Shown here: positions 9,304 through 20,665 of the stretch, piece after piece
Layout: each line of letters begins with the position of its first letter
How positions within the stretch are numbered: the first letter of the stretch is position 1
Assembly (NCBI GenBank): GCA_013288985.1
Contig: JABDAT010000002.1
Location: forward strand, 17,857-81,856
DNA: 64,000 bases
Reading direction: 5' to 3'
From: Alphaproteobacteria bacterium
GTDB taxonomy: Bacteria; Pseudomonadota; Alphaproteobacteria; Rickettsiales; JABCZZ01
Notes under the pieces: generated by a model
Database searches by the model: none
The model's input: the letters and a program-made list of their open reading frames with translations, nothing else
Told to the model about the DNA's origin: nothing
Position numbers and translations under genes: made by a program

Positions 9304-10557
9304 ATGAGTAGTTCAGGAAACATACAAGCAGGAGGAATCACTAAAGAACATGGAGTTCGGCCTGCATTTTTAGCATTTACCAATGACAGCGTAAGTGCCG
9401 AAACGCTGAAGCAGTTTGCCAAAAGTCAGGGCTGGGAAGAAAGTGTAATTCATCAAGGTGATATTGATACTGCAGCGGAATTTCTTAAGTCGCACACCTC
9501 TCCCCATGTATTGTGTGTGGATATTGCTTCTTCGGAAACTGCCCCTGCTGCCCTTGACCGCTTGGCCGATGTATGCGATCCCACCATAAAAGTTATCGTA
9601 TCGGGCAAGGTAAATGAATACAGTTTTTACTGCTGGCTTGTCGAGGTGGGAATATCCAGTTATCTTTTAAAACCATTTACCTTGCTTGCGCTTGAGGCCG
9701 CGTATCGCAAAGCGGCAGAAGTTCCTGTGATAGAGATTGCCCCTGTATCATCAACGGCAAAGAAAGATGCTAAAGTCATAACCATTATTGGTTCACGCGG
9801 TGGAGCAGGGGCTACAACCGTTTCTGTAAATACGGCATGGATTCTTGCAAACAGCCTGCATCAGAAAACAGCGCTTCTTGATTTTGATCCGCAACTTGGA
9901 ACCGTTGCTCTTGCGCTGGATCTTGAACCGGGAAAAGGCCTGCGTGACGCACTGGAAAAGCCTGATCGCATTGATGGATTATTTTTAGACAGGGTAATGG
10001 TGAGGATAGATGACTACCTCTCAATTTTAAGCACAGAAGAGTCATTGGAAGAAGATATTGCCGCCAGTGATGTTGCGGCAGAATCCCTGTTTAAGCAGAT
10101 TAAACCTAAATTTTCCCACATTGTTGTGGATGTGCCGCGCACGCTTACGCCTTTTACACGTCATGCTCTTAAGCATTCTGACCACATTATATGTGTCACG
10201 GAATATACGATCATGGGGTTGCGTGAATCGTTGCGTTATCTTGAATATTGCCGCGACGTGCTCAAGGTAGGCGCTCCCATATTCGTGGCAAACCGCGTTG
10301 GCCTGGCAGGAAAACATCAATTGCCACAGGCGGAGTTTGAAAAAGGCCTTGGTCTTAAAATGGAATATAATATTCCTTTTGTGCTAGACGCGCAGATAGC
10401 CGCTACGGCAGGCGAAGTATTGGCAGAAACAACTAAAAATACCCCTGCAACCAAAGTGATGCATGCTTTGGCAGAGCGTTTTGTTGAAGGCCTGGAGCCT
10501 AAAGCGCCGCCTAAAAAATTGGATAAGCTTCTTTCTCTCTTCAAGGGAGGAAAATAA
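9304..10557 (+). CDS. cpaE: CpaE/TadZ-type pilus localisation ATPase-like protein (receiver-like N-domain plus MinD/ParA-like domain)
   Basis: P-loop region VITIIGSRGGAGATTVSVNTAW followed by LLDFDPQLGT. Positioned upstream of cpaF. Confidence 0.8.
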   Translation: MSSSGNIQAGGITKEHGVRPAFLAFTNDSVSAETLKQFAKSQGWEESVIHQGDIDTAAEFLKSHTSPHVLCVDIASSETAPAALDRLADVCDPTIKVIVSGKVNEYSFYCWLVEVGISSYLLKPFTLLALEAAYRKAAEVPVIEIAPVSSTAKKDAKVITIIGSRGGAGATTVSVNTAWILANSLHQKTALLDFDPQLGTVALALDLEPGKGLRDALEKPDRIDGLFLDRVMVRIDDYLSILSTEESLEEDIAASDVAAESLFKQIKPKFSHIVVDVPRTLTPFTRHALKHSDHIICVTEYTIMGLRESLRYLEYCRDVLKVGAPIFVANRVGLAGKHQLPQAEFEKGLGLKMEYNIPFVLDAQIAATAGEVLAETTKNTPATKVMHALAERFVEGLEPKAPPKKLDKLLSLFKGGK

Positions 10558-12009
<1,452 letters not shown>

Positions 12010-12011
12010 AT

Positions 12012-12995
12012 ATGAGCAATGATACTCTCTTTCAGCTATTAATTCCTCTGGGAGGGCTGCTATTTCTGGGGTTGGTATTTTTTTTCTGGGGATCGGGAAG
12101 AAGAACACGCATTCAAAAGCGTCTCGTGAGAGTTACGGCTAAAAAACAAACTACGCAGCAGCAGAAATCATCAGATACATTATTTCTCAGGCGGAAATCA
12201 CATGGAGGTATGATGCTTGCTGTGAGCAAGATTCTCAATCATCTGCCTACGCAGGCTGTTGTGCGCGCGCGCCTGGAGCGCGCCGGTGCAACTATATCGC
12301 CTGAGTTATATATGGTGTTTTGTTTATTGGCCTGTGTTGGCATTGCCGGCAGTATAATTTTTATAAATGGTAATATTGTCATGGGTGTTACCCTGGGCCT
12401 GTTTATCGGCCTGTTTTTGCCTCATGTTGTTATAGGTATAAAAGGAAACAGGCGCGTTAAGAAATTCCTTCAGCTATTTCCCGATGCTATTGATTTTATA
12501 GTAAGAGGACTTCGCTCCGGTTTGCCGGTGACAGAGTCCATGAACATGGTAGGGTTGGAAATGGAACAGCCCATAGGTGGAATATTCGCCAGTATGGGAG
12601 AGGCGGTGCGCCTTGGGGTGCCGGTTGAAAAATCCATGCAGGATATGGCGGTAAAATTACAATCCACTGAATTTAATTTCTTTGTAACCACTATTATTCT
12701 GCAGCGTGAAACCGGCGGCAATCTTTCCGAGGTGCTGAATAACCTTGCGGATGTACTGCGTAAACGGTTCATGATGCAGATGAAAATCAAGGCGATGTCA
12801 TCTGAGGCAAAGGCTTCCATTCTTATTTTAGGTTCATTGCCTTTTCTGGTAATATCTGCATTGCTCTTTACCACTCCCAATTATCTTGATCCTTTTATCT
12901 ATGATGTTCGCGGCCATGTTGCAGCAGGAATCGCTGTAACCAGCTTATTACTGGGAGTAGGCATTATGTTTAAAATGTCGAGGTTTGAGATATGA
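12012..12995 (+). CDS. tadB: Tad pilus inner-membrane platform protein TadB
   Basis: T2SS-F-like polytopic protein (FPDAIDFIVRGLRSGLPV) immediately after cpaF. Confidence 0.85.
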   Translation: MSNDTLFQLLIPLGGLLFLGLVFFFWGSGRRTRIQKRLVRVTAKKQTTQQQKSSDTLFLRRKSHGGMMLAVSKILNHLPTQAVVRARLERAGATISPELYMVFCLLACVGIAGSIIFINGNIVMGVTLGLFIGLFLPHVVIGIKGNRRVKKFLQLFPDAIDFIVRGLRSGLPVTESMNMVGLEMEQPIGGIFASMGEAVRLGVPVEKSMQDMAVKLQSTEFNFFVTTIILQRETGGNLSEVLNNLADVLRKRFMMQMKIKAMSSEAKASILILGSLPFLVISALLFTTPNYLDPFIYDVRGHVAAGIAVTSLLLGVGIMFKMSRFEI

Positions 12996-13999
12996 CGTCT
13001 TTTCTTCCTGGACTCGAAGCCGATGATGTTTATTTTTTGCTTGCCGCATTGATGGCGCTTGCAGTGCTATTCTTTCTGACGAAAAGTTTTCTATATCATA
13101 ATAAATTTGCTGTGCGCGTAAAAGCCTTGGAAGAGCGGCGTGCCCATCTTAAAGCGCAGATTACCGCGCCGCGTAAACGCGCCAAGAAAAATACCCAGCG
13201 CACAGGGATTGCCCTGATTCGCGCCGTTGTGAACAAAATGAATCTTCTGCAAAAATCACAGGTGGGCAGAATCAACCGCCTGCTTATTAGCGCCGCCTAC
13301 CGCTCCAAGGATGCAATTTTTATTTTTGCCTTTTTTCAATTGGTTTGTCCGATTGTGGCATTTGCACTTGGCCTGATATTTCTTGATATAGACTTTTCCA
13401 ATCTTATGGCCTCCAAGAGAAATATATTTATTTTTGTAGGCGGCATTTACATGGGGCTTAAATTACCCAGCGTTATTGTCACTAATGCAAAACAAAAGCG
13501 TTATTATGCCATTCAGAAAGCTTTGTCCGATACGCTTGACCTGCTCATGATCTGTTCAGAGGCGGGCTTAAGCCTTGCTGCTGCGCTTGACCGCGTTGCA
13601 CGTGAACTTGCCAACACCTATCCTGAAATGGCGGATGAACTCAGTATAACGTCGATTGAATTGGGGTTTTTACCCGATCGCAAGAAAGCGCTTGGCAATC
13701 TTGCGGAACGTGTAGATATGGCAGAAATACGCGGTATTGTCGGAGTGCTTATTCAAACGGAAAAATATGGCACGCCCATTGCGCAGGCCCTGCGTGTCCT
13801 GGCTGCTGAATTCCGTGAACAGCGTATGTTGCGCGCCGAGCAGAAAGCTGCGCGGCTCCCCGCAATTATGACGCTGCCAATGATTGTTTTCATATTGCCC
13901 ACTTTATTTATTGTGGTGCTGTCACCGGCGATTATCCGATCCATTGATAATCTGCGCGGTACGAGTATGGGCAGTCCCAGCAGCGCCAATGTACGGTAG
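12992..13999 (+). CDS. tadC: Tad pilus inner-membrane platform protein TadC
   Basis: T2SS-F-like (LSDTLDLLMICSEAGLSL, ...KAARLPAIMTLPMIVFILP). ATGA overlap with tadB. Confidence 0.85.
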   Translation: MTSFLPGLEADDVYFLLAALMALAVLFFLTKSFLYHNKFAVRVKALEERRAHLKAQITAPRKRAKKNTQRTGIALIRAVVNKMNLLQKSQVGRINRLLISAAYRSKDAIFIFAFFQLVCPIVAFALGLIFLDIDFSNLMASKRNIFIFVGGIYMGLKLPSVIVTNAKQKRYYAIQKALSDTLDLLMICSEAGLSLAAALDRVARELANTYPEMADELSITSIELGFLPDRKKALGNLAERVDMAEIRGIVGVLIQTEKYGTPIAQALRVLAAEFREQRMLRAEQKAARLPAIMTLPMIVFILPTLFIVVLSPAIIRSIDNLRGTSMGSPSSANVR

Positions 14000-14002
14000 T
14001 GT

Positions 14003-15064
14003 TTATAATCTATCGGGTTTTAAAACAGGAATCGGTAAAGTTATATCCGTTGCTTTGCTTGCAATGCTGGCTACCGAAGAACTGCTAACGGTTGAAATGG
14101 GTGCGGGGGATTCTTTTATTTCTTGTGCCGGTTTCGGTTCAGGCGGCAGAGTTGCGGCTGTTTTCAATGGCATTGGATTTTGTAATTCAGCAGAGGGCGG
14201 ATACTCCTCATCTTCCTGAGGAGCAGGAGCTGCAGCGGGTACTTTATTTTCTACATGCATTGTTTTGGGGGGTGCTTTGTGTTTATTCTGTGCCGCAGCC
14301 AGACGGTAGAATTTAACATTTTCTTCGGCCTGTTCGGGAGTAAGGTCTTTAAGCCCAAGCTTCAGAGCTTTATCGCTTTCTCCCTTGAATCCATAAGCCA
14401 GCGCCAGGTTCTGCCTGATGGTGGGCGTAACGTCTGATGCATTAAGTAGCGGGCGCAATAAGCCAATTGCCGTATCATATTCACCTGATAAAATATACGA
14501 CATGGAAAGATTGGCATCAAATGTCATTCTATCATTGGGATTCAGTTCAACAGCTTTTTCATATGATTTTTGCGCTTCTGAATATTGGCCAAGCGAATCA
14601 AGTGCCACTCCTTTGCTATTATAAAGCAGTGCATTATTAGGAGTAATGGTAATAGCTTTATCCAGACAGGACAATGCTTTGTCTGGCTGATCAGCGTTGA
14701 TATAGGTATTGGCAAGATCACGCAGTATATCAGTGTTGTTGGGCTCACTATCGGATGCATCTTTAAGCGCGCTGATGGCGCCTGCATTATTATTGTGGCG
14801 TTTATAGAATTCTGCCAGTTCCAGCCGCGTAAAGACCGCATTCCCAGATTGTTCTACGGCTTGCTTATAGAGTTTTTCTGCCGCGCCAACATTACCGCCT
14901 GCCTCAGTGACGCGCGCAAGCCTGATGGTTAGGCTTTCATTATTGGAAAGGGAATTCCCGGTATTGTTTTTTAGCGGTGTGTCGCTGTGACCGCATCCAA
15001 CCACAAGACTGCCAAGCACAATCATGCAGATAAAATATCGTATATGTTTAGGATATATTAGCAT
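14003..15064 (-). CDS. tadD: TPR-repeat lipoprotein, TadD-like, with a Pro/Ala-rich C-terminal extension
   Basis: Lipobox LVVGCG and several TPR-like repeats (AEFYKRHNN..., ANTYINADQPDKAL, YNSKGVALDSLGQYSEAQKSYEKAVELNP). Convergent with tadC, 3 nt apart. Confidence 0.65.
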   Translation of the reverse strand: MLIYPKHIRYFICMIVLGSLVVGCGHSDTPLKNNTGNSLSNNESLTIRLARVTEAGGNVGAAEKLYKQAVEQSGNAVFTRLELAEFYKRHNNNAGAISALKDASDSEPNNTDILRDLANTYINADQPDKALSCLDKAITITPNNALLYNSKGVALDSLGQYSEAQKSYEKAVELNPNDRMTFDANLSMSYILSGEYDTAIGLLRPLLNASDVTPTIRQNLALAYGFKGESDKALKLGLKDLTPEQAEENVKFYRLAAAQNKHKAPPKTMHVENKVPAAAPAPQEDEEYPPSAELQNPMPLKTAATLPPEPKPAQEIKESPAPISTVSSSSVASIASKATDITLPIPVLKPDRL

Positions 15065-15083
15065 GATACTCTTTTAATCGGAT

Positions 15084-17102
15084 TTATGCGATCTTACTAC
15101 TAAAATACTTTTGCCGGATAATATTGACTACCTGCAAAAATACCGTGTCGGCATCTAGATGGGAGGTGTCGATTACAATTGCATCGGTTGCAGGAATGAG
15201 CGGTGCAACAGAGCGTTGCGCATCACGTTCATCACGTTCACGCAAGTCTTCCAATACGGATTCATAAACAACCTCAATTCCTTCACCCTGCAACTCCCTG
15301 TGACGTCGTTTGGCGCGTGTTTCAAGGCTGGCTGTGATAAAGATCTTAACATCAGCATCAGGGCAGACGACGGTGCCAATATCGCGGCCATCAAGCACCG
15401 CACCTTTTGGGTTTTTTCCAAAACGGCGTTGGAAATCCAGCAATACAGACCGCACTTCAGGTATGGCGGAAATGATGGAGGCTGCCTGACCAATACGCTC
15501 CTGACGCAGGCGCGGATTGGCAAGATCCTGTTCGCTTAACCCCATGGCAGCATCAATTGCGGCTCTTTTATCATAAGGATCTTTACCCGAATAAATGAGT
15601 TTAAGCCCTACCGCACGGTAAATGCTGCCCGTATCAAGGTATAAATAGCCAAAATTTTCAGCAAGGCGGCGCGCTAACGTCCCTTTGCCTGACGATGCCG
15701 GACCATCAATAGCAATGGTAAGCGCCGGCATTTTTTGTAATACCGGCTTGGGCGCTGTTGCTACAGTTATGCCTGCTCCAAGGCTATTCATAAGTTCAGC
15801 GAATCCGGGAAAGCTTGTATTGATCGAGCTGCCGTCATCAATATGCACAGGCTGCTTGCTTGCCATGCCCATGACCAGAAAGCTCATTGCGATGCGGTGG
15901 TCGTAATGCGTTTGAATAACAGCTCCTCCCTGAGGAGGCTGGGCATTTCCGCTTACTGTCAGCACATCATTCTTTGTATCATAGGCTACGCCGCACAATT
16001 TTAATCCATTTTCTATGGCGGCAAGCCGGTCGCTTTCCTTGACCTTAAGTTCGCCCAGGCCCTTCATTACGGTTTTGCCTTTGGCAAAACTCGCGGCGAC
16101 AGCCAGTATGGGATATTCATCAATCATGGAGGGGGCGCGCTCGGCAGGCACTGTAACGCCTCTTAATTCACTATGGCGAACCTGGATATCTGCAACTTCT
16201 TCACCGGCGCTCACGCGGTGGTTGGTAAAGGTAATAGATGCACCCATTTCACGCAAAGTATTGTAGAGGCCTATACGCAGAGGATTAATAGCAACATGGG
16301 AAATAACGATATCCGAACCTGGAATAATGAGTGCTGCAACCACAAGGAACGCTGCCGATGAAGGATCACCCGGTACGGTAATCTGCCGGTCTGACGAAGG
16401 AATGTTTTGGTGGCCTGTCACTGCAATCGAAAGCGCACCGCCCGATAGTTTTGTTGTTTCAACCTGCCAGCCGAAGTAACGCAGCATATGTTCAGTATGA
16501 TCACGTGTGGCTTCTGGCTCAATGACAGTGGTTTTGCCGGCTGTATTAAGAGCAGCGAGCAATATGGCCGATTTAATCTGTGCTGAGGCTACCGGAAGCG
16601 TGTATTCAATGGGTAAGGTTTGTGAAGTACCAAAAACCGCAAGAGGCAGTTTTCCTCCCTCGCGTGCTGTAAACCTGATGCCCATATGTTCCAGCGGCGT
16701 CATAACCCGCTTCATGGGCCGCCCGCGCAAACTATCATCTCCGGTAAAAAAGCTGGTAAACGGGTAGGGGGCTACAAGCCCCATCATTAGGCGTGTTCCT
16801 GTTCCCGAATTGCCCATATCCAGCACATCGCCAGGCTCAGACAAGCCTCCCACTCCTACGCCCTGCACCTGCCATGTATGAGAAGATGCACGCTTTATGT
16901 TAACTCCCAGCAAACCAAGTGCCTTTGCAGTCCTTAAAACATCTTCTCCTTCTAAAAGTCCATCTATCTGAGTATTTCCAATGACTTGTGACGAAAGTAT
17001 CAACGCGCGATGCGATATAGATTTATCACCCGGTATGCTCGCCTTTCCCCTTAATGACTTGCTAGGAGATGATTGCATAGGAAGTGCTGAGGACGACGTC
17101 AC
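15084..17102 (-). CDS. aroA: Bifunctional 3-phosphoshikimate 1-carboxyvinyltransferase / cytidylate kinase fusion
   Basis: Residues about 1-450 are EPSP synthase (GDKSISHRALIL, LGNSGTGTRLMMG, KESDRLAA). Residues about 455-672 are Cmk (LTIAIDGPASSGKGTLARRLA, LDGRDIGTVV). One uninterrupted ORF. Start is GTG 17102 or ATG 17078. Confidence 0.95.
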   Translation of the reverse strand: MTSSSALPMQSSPSKSLRGKASIPGDKSISHRALILSSQVIGNTQIDGLLEGEDVLRTAKALGLLGVNIKRASSHTWQVQGVGVGGLSEPGDVLDMGNSGTGTRLMMGLVAPYPFTSFFTGDDSLRGRPMKRVMTPLEHMGIRFTAREGGKLPLAVFGTSQTLPIEYTLPVASAQIKSAILLAALNTAGKTTVIEPEATRDHTEHMLRYFGWQVETTKLSGGALSIAVTGHQNIPSSDRQITVPGDPSSAAFLVVAALIIPGSDIVISHVAINPLRIGLYNTLREMGASITFTNHRVSAGEEVADIQVRHSELRGVTVPAERAPSMIDEYPILAVAASFAKGKTVMKGLGELKVKESDRLAAIENGLKLCGVAYDTKNDVLTVSGNAQPPQGGAVIQTHYDHRIAMSFLVMGMASKQPVHIDDGSSINTSFPGFAELMNSLGAGITVATAPKPVLQKMPALTIAIDGPASSGKGTLARRLAENFGYLYLDTGSIYRAVGLKLIYSGKDPYDKRAAIDAAMGLSEQDLANPRLRQERIGQAASIISAIPEVRSVLLDFQRRFGKNPKGAVLDGRDIGTVVCPDADVKIFITASLETRAKRRHRELQGEGIEVVYESVLEDLRERDERDAQRSVAPLIPATDAIVIDTSHLDADTVFLQVVNIIRQKYFSSKIA

Positions 17103-17254
17103 AAATATTCCTTATCTTTCTTGAGGTAACGCTTGAGGGTAGCGCTTGCAATTTAATCTAAAAACGACCATACAAAAATTGAATGAAATAGAAAGTTCAA
17201 TTATACGTACTGTATAGAAAATCTATAATAAATCCTAATTAAGGAGAGTCTACC

Positions 17255-17788
17255 GTGATAAATTCATCTTGGGGTACAAAGCGTAACTGTCCTAGCTGCA
17301 GCGCGCATTTCTATGATTTGAATAAGACCCCCGCCACTTGTCCTAAATGTAATCATCATTTTGATCCAGCGGCGCTGGTGCGCACTAAGCGTAAAATAAC
17401 CAAACGTGACGCTCCTGAAGAAAAGAAAGCGCATATACTCCCTACCATTCTTGCCAAGAAAGCCGCATCAAAGAAAAAAGATAAAAAACAGGTGGATGAA
17501 GATACAGGCGACAATATGGGGGACGTCGCTGAAATGGAAGATGTTGATGATATTGAAAATTTGCAGGGTATCAGTGAATTAGAAGAGATGGCCGCAGAAC
17601 AACCTCTTAACGAAGATGATGCAGATGATGAGAGTATCATTGAGGAATTAAATGCTGGCGATAAAGGGTTGGTTGGCAACGTTGAAGAAGAGGAAGCCGA
17701 AGCTCTTATTGAGGAGCTGGATGAAGACGATCAGGAATCTAGCCTTAAGAAACAATCCAAAACCAAAAAGAAAAACAAAAAAGAGTAA
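17255..17788 (+). CDS. TIGR02300-type 'FYDLN-acid' zinc-ribbon protein with an acidic low-complexity tail
   Basis: CPSCSAHFYDLNKTPATCPKCN followed by a long D/E-rich tail. AAGGAG lies upstream of the GTG start. Confidence 0.8.
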   Translation: MINSSWGTKRNCPSCSAHFYDLNKTPATCPKCNHHFDPAALVRTKRKITKRDAPEEKKAHILPTILAKKAASKKKDKKQVDEDTGDNMGDVAEMEDVDDIENLQGISELEEMAAEQPLNEDDADDESIIEELNAGDKGLVGNVEEEEAEALIEELDEDDQESSLKKQSKTKKKNKKE

Positions 17789-17791
17789 CCA

Positions 17792-20596
17792 ATGCAGGAT
17801 TACTGGAAGTCTTTACACTGGCCTAAACTGAATAATAAGAAGTTTATTGCAGGTCTTGTTATTCTTTTGATGCTTGGTTTAGAGGCTTCCTTAGTTCCGG
17901 TTTTTATCGATAAAGAAGCTATTAAAAACGAAGTCATTCATTCGTTTAAATTAGCGACAGGTCTCAATATGGAGATTCAGGGGGAGACAAATCTTCAGAT
18001 GTTTCCCCTGCCGCATATGACAATAAGTTATCTTTTTGTTCATAATGCGCCTAATGCCTCTTCTCCTTTTTTGCTTACTATACAATTACTTGAGGTTCGC
18101 CCTTCTTTACTCTCCCTATTTAGTAAAAAACCTGTTCTGGAAGATGTAAAGATAAATGGCGTAGCTATAGAGTTGGAGCGCATGAAAAACGACCAGATGA
18201 GTTGGCAGGCTATAGCCAGCACAGAGGCCAAGACAGAAAAACCACTCGAATTAAGCTCTGTCTTAAAAATATCTAATCTCTCTTTCTCAGATGCTGCCAT
18301 ACATTATACCGATTCCATTGCAGGGACTGTAGTGGAATACAGCAATATTAACGGCAATTATAGCAATAGTGAGAAAAAACAAAATGTTCTTAACGTAACT
18401 TTATCGTATTTGGGTAAGCCATTTATAATTTCTGCGCATATTGATTTACCTCAGCTTATTTCGTCAAATGGCGCATCAGCCAATATCAATATCAGTAGTG
18501 GGAAAACATCATTAACGTACGATGGCACATTTGGCATTACAAAAAGTGGCTTTGTAAATGGCGATCTACGTTTTGAAACGGATGATATTGCAACCTGGAT
18601 AAATCTTTTAAATAAGGATACAGGCAAGCTTGCTAAGAAAGCAACAGAAGGTACTAAACCGCTCCCCTTTCAACTGACAAGCAAGATTGCTACACAAGAT
18701 AATAAAATCATATTACCTAATATCACTTTTGCCGGCAGCATTATAAAGGGTGCCCTTCAGGCTGAAATCGTGCAGCTTAAGCATGTGAATCTACAGGGCA
18801 CAATTGATGCCCTTGATTTAGAAACAATATTTGGAAGCGCTTTATTCGGCAGTGCAAAAACTGATAATGAAATACCCAAAACCGATTTTCCAACATCCTC
18901 TTATACATCACCCGATTCATTCTGGAATAACATTACCCTTGCAGGCAATGTTAAGTTCAATGATATTGTTTATAATAATCAGCATCTAAAAGATACCCAC
19001 CTTGATTTTGATATTACGGGTGGAGAAATGACAATATCGCAGGCTTCCTCTTTGTTGCCTGGCACATCACGCCTGATATTTGCTGGTATTGGAAAAGAGG
19101 GATACCAGGGCTTTACCCTGGAAGGACAGCTGGATGCTGCAGGAGATGATTTTGCTCAGATGCTGCAGCTTTTTAAATCCCGCAGTTTTTCACTTCCTCC
19201 TGATGATTTCAAACGCTTCCGCATTAAAACCAATGCGGTTATTTCGTCTACGGATATCAGGCTTTCCGAGATAACTGCACGCATTGAGAATATGGGGATT
19301 ATAGGGGGCATAATCGCTAAATTTGGCGATCGCACAAAACTGGAAGCAGCTCTGGAAATTGGTGGTATCAACCTAGACCACTTTATTAAGTTATGGGGAC
19401 TGGATAACTGGAGTACATCATTTTCAAACGATAATCCGATGGCAAATAAGGATGGCATATTATCCCAATGGCTTAAACAGCTGGGATATGACCTGCAACT
19501 AAACACGATAATGGATCAATATACTTTAAATGGAGCAATACGAGGCAAGACAAGTTTAAAGCTGGTTGCTACAGCAAATAAGATTGAGCTTGATGACGTC
19601 AAGACAAGCTATAATGGTTCGGAACTGACAGGCGGAGTTACAATGGACGTGTCTGAAACGCTGCCGCGCGTTAAATTGGATGTAGCTGCGGATACGTTGG
19701 ATACAGAGACGTTTTTTAATCTAAGCAAAAATCCCTCTGACGTCACTGCTGCCACTGCTACGCAAAATCAACCGGACATAATATGGCCGCGCAATAGCTT
19801 TGATTTCCATTGGCTTGAACTTCTCAATGCCAATTATCGCCTGCATTTTGGGCATTTTAAATATAAGAATCTTATTGCAGATGCCGTGGATGTTCGGGGG
19901 GATATTAATGAACATACATTGAATATCGAAGGGGTGCGGGCTGACGTTTATGGTGCTCATGTTCTAGGAAAAACAACACTGACCGAAGGAAAAATTCCGG
20001 GAATTAATGTGGCGTTAGATATTACTTCACTGAACCTGGAGCGCGTAGCCGGCATGCTGCCGCTCGTGGAGAATATATCCGGGGTATACAATGTTAATAT
20101 CCGCCTGAATACAACGGGCATCGATATGCTGACATGGGTTTCCAATCTTGAAGGTGGAATAAGCATCAGCGGCAGGGATGTTACAGTGCAGGGCTTTAAT
20201 ATGCCGGGAATTATTCAGGCAGTGAGTTATGTACGTACAGTTGCAGATATATTGGATGTTGTGAAACGTGCATTTCCAGGAGGAAGCACTGCATTTCCAA
20301 GCGTGACTGGTCAGTGCTTTTTGTCAGGCGGCGTAATCAAGACCAGCAATATACGGTTAAGTAATGCTCAGACTGACGGTACGCTTGCGTTTGACATGGA
20401 TATTGTAAACTGGAAGATGCAGGGACACACTGTATTCGCACTGAAAGCCCTTGATCCCGTGCATCCACCGGGAATCACAGTTAATTTTTCGGGTCCGCTG
20501 AATGCGACGGAAAATTCTATTGATACACGCTCATTAGAACAATACGTTATTGATAAGACGTCGAAAAGAATGTTAGAGCAATATGGCGACCATTGA
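17792..20596 (+). CDS. AsmA-family large envelope protein
   Basis: 934 aa with an N-terminal membrane anchor (FIAGLVILLMLGL) and an AsmA-like N-terminal region. The rest is long and predicted beta-rich. Assigned by general resemblance only. Confidence 0.6.
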   Translation: MQDYWKSLHWPKLNNKKFIAGLVILLMLGLEASLVPVFIDKEAIKNEVIHSFKLATGLNMEIQGETNLQMFPLPHMTISYLFVHNAPNASSPFLLTIQLLEVRPSLLSLFSKKPVLEDVKINGVAIELERMKNDQMSWQAIASTEAKTEKPLELSSVLKISNLSFSDAAIHYTDSIAGTVVEYSNINGNYSNSEKKQNVLNVTLSYLGKPFIISAHIDLPQLISSNGASANINISSGKTSLTYDGTFGITKSGFVNGDLRFETDDIATWINLLNKDTGKLAKKATEGTKPLPFQLTSKIATQDNKIILPNITFAGSIIKGALQAEIVQLKHVNLQGTIDALDLETIFGSALFGSAKTDNEIPKTDFPTSSYTSPDSFWNNITLAGNVKFNDIVYNNQHLKDTHLDFDITGGEMTISQASSLLPGTSRLIFAGIGKEGYQGFTLEGQLDAAGDDFAQMLQLFKSRSFSLPPDDFKRFRIKTNAVISSTDIRLSEITARIENMGIIGGIIAKFGDRTKLEAALEIGGINLDHFIKLWGLDNWSTSFSNDNPMANKDGILSQWLKQLGYDLQLNTIMDQYTLNGAIRGKTSLKLVATANKIELDDVKTSYNGSELTGGVTMDVSETLPRVKLDVAADTLDTETFFNLSKNPSDVTAATATQNQPDIIWPRNSFDFHWLELLNANYRLHFGHFKYKNLIADAVDVRGDINEHTLNIEGVRADVYGAHVLGKTTLTEGKIPGINVALDITSLNLERVAGMLPLVENISGVYNVNIRLNTTGIDMLTWVSNLEGGISISGRDVTVQGFNMPGIIQAVSYVRTVADILDVVKRAFPGGSTAFPSVTGQCFLSGGVIKTSNIRLSNAQTDGTLAFDMDIVNWKMQGHTVFALKALDPVHPPGITVNFSGPLNATENSIDTRSLEQYVIDKTSKRMLEQYGDH

Positions 20597-20665
20597 TAAA
20601 ATTTCTGTTACACCTATTTTTTCTGTCCATTTTAAGAATAACAACAGCGTCTAAGGCTAAATAGT

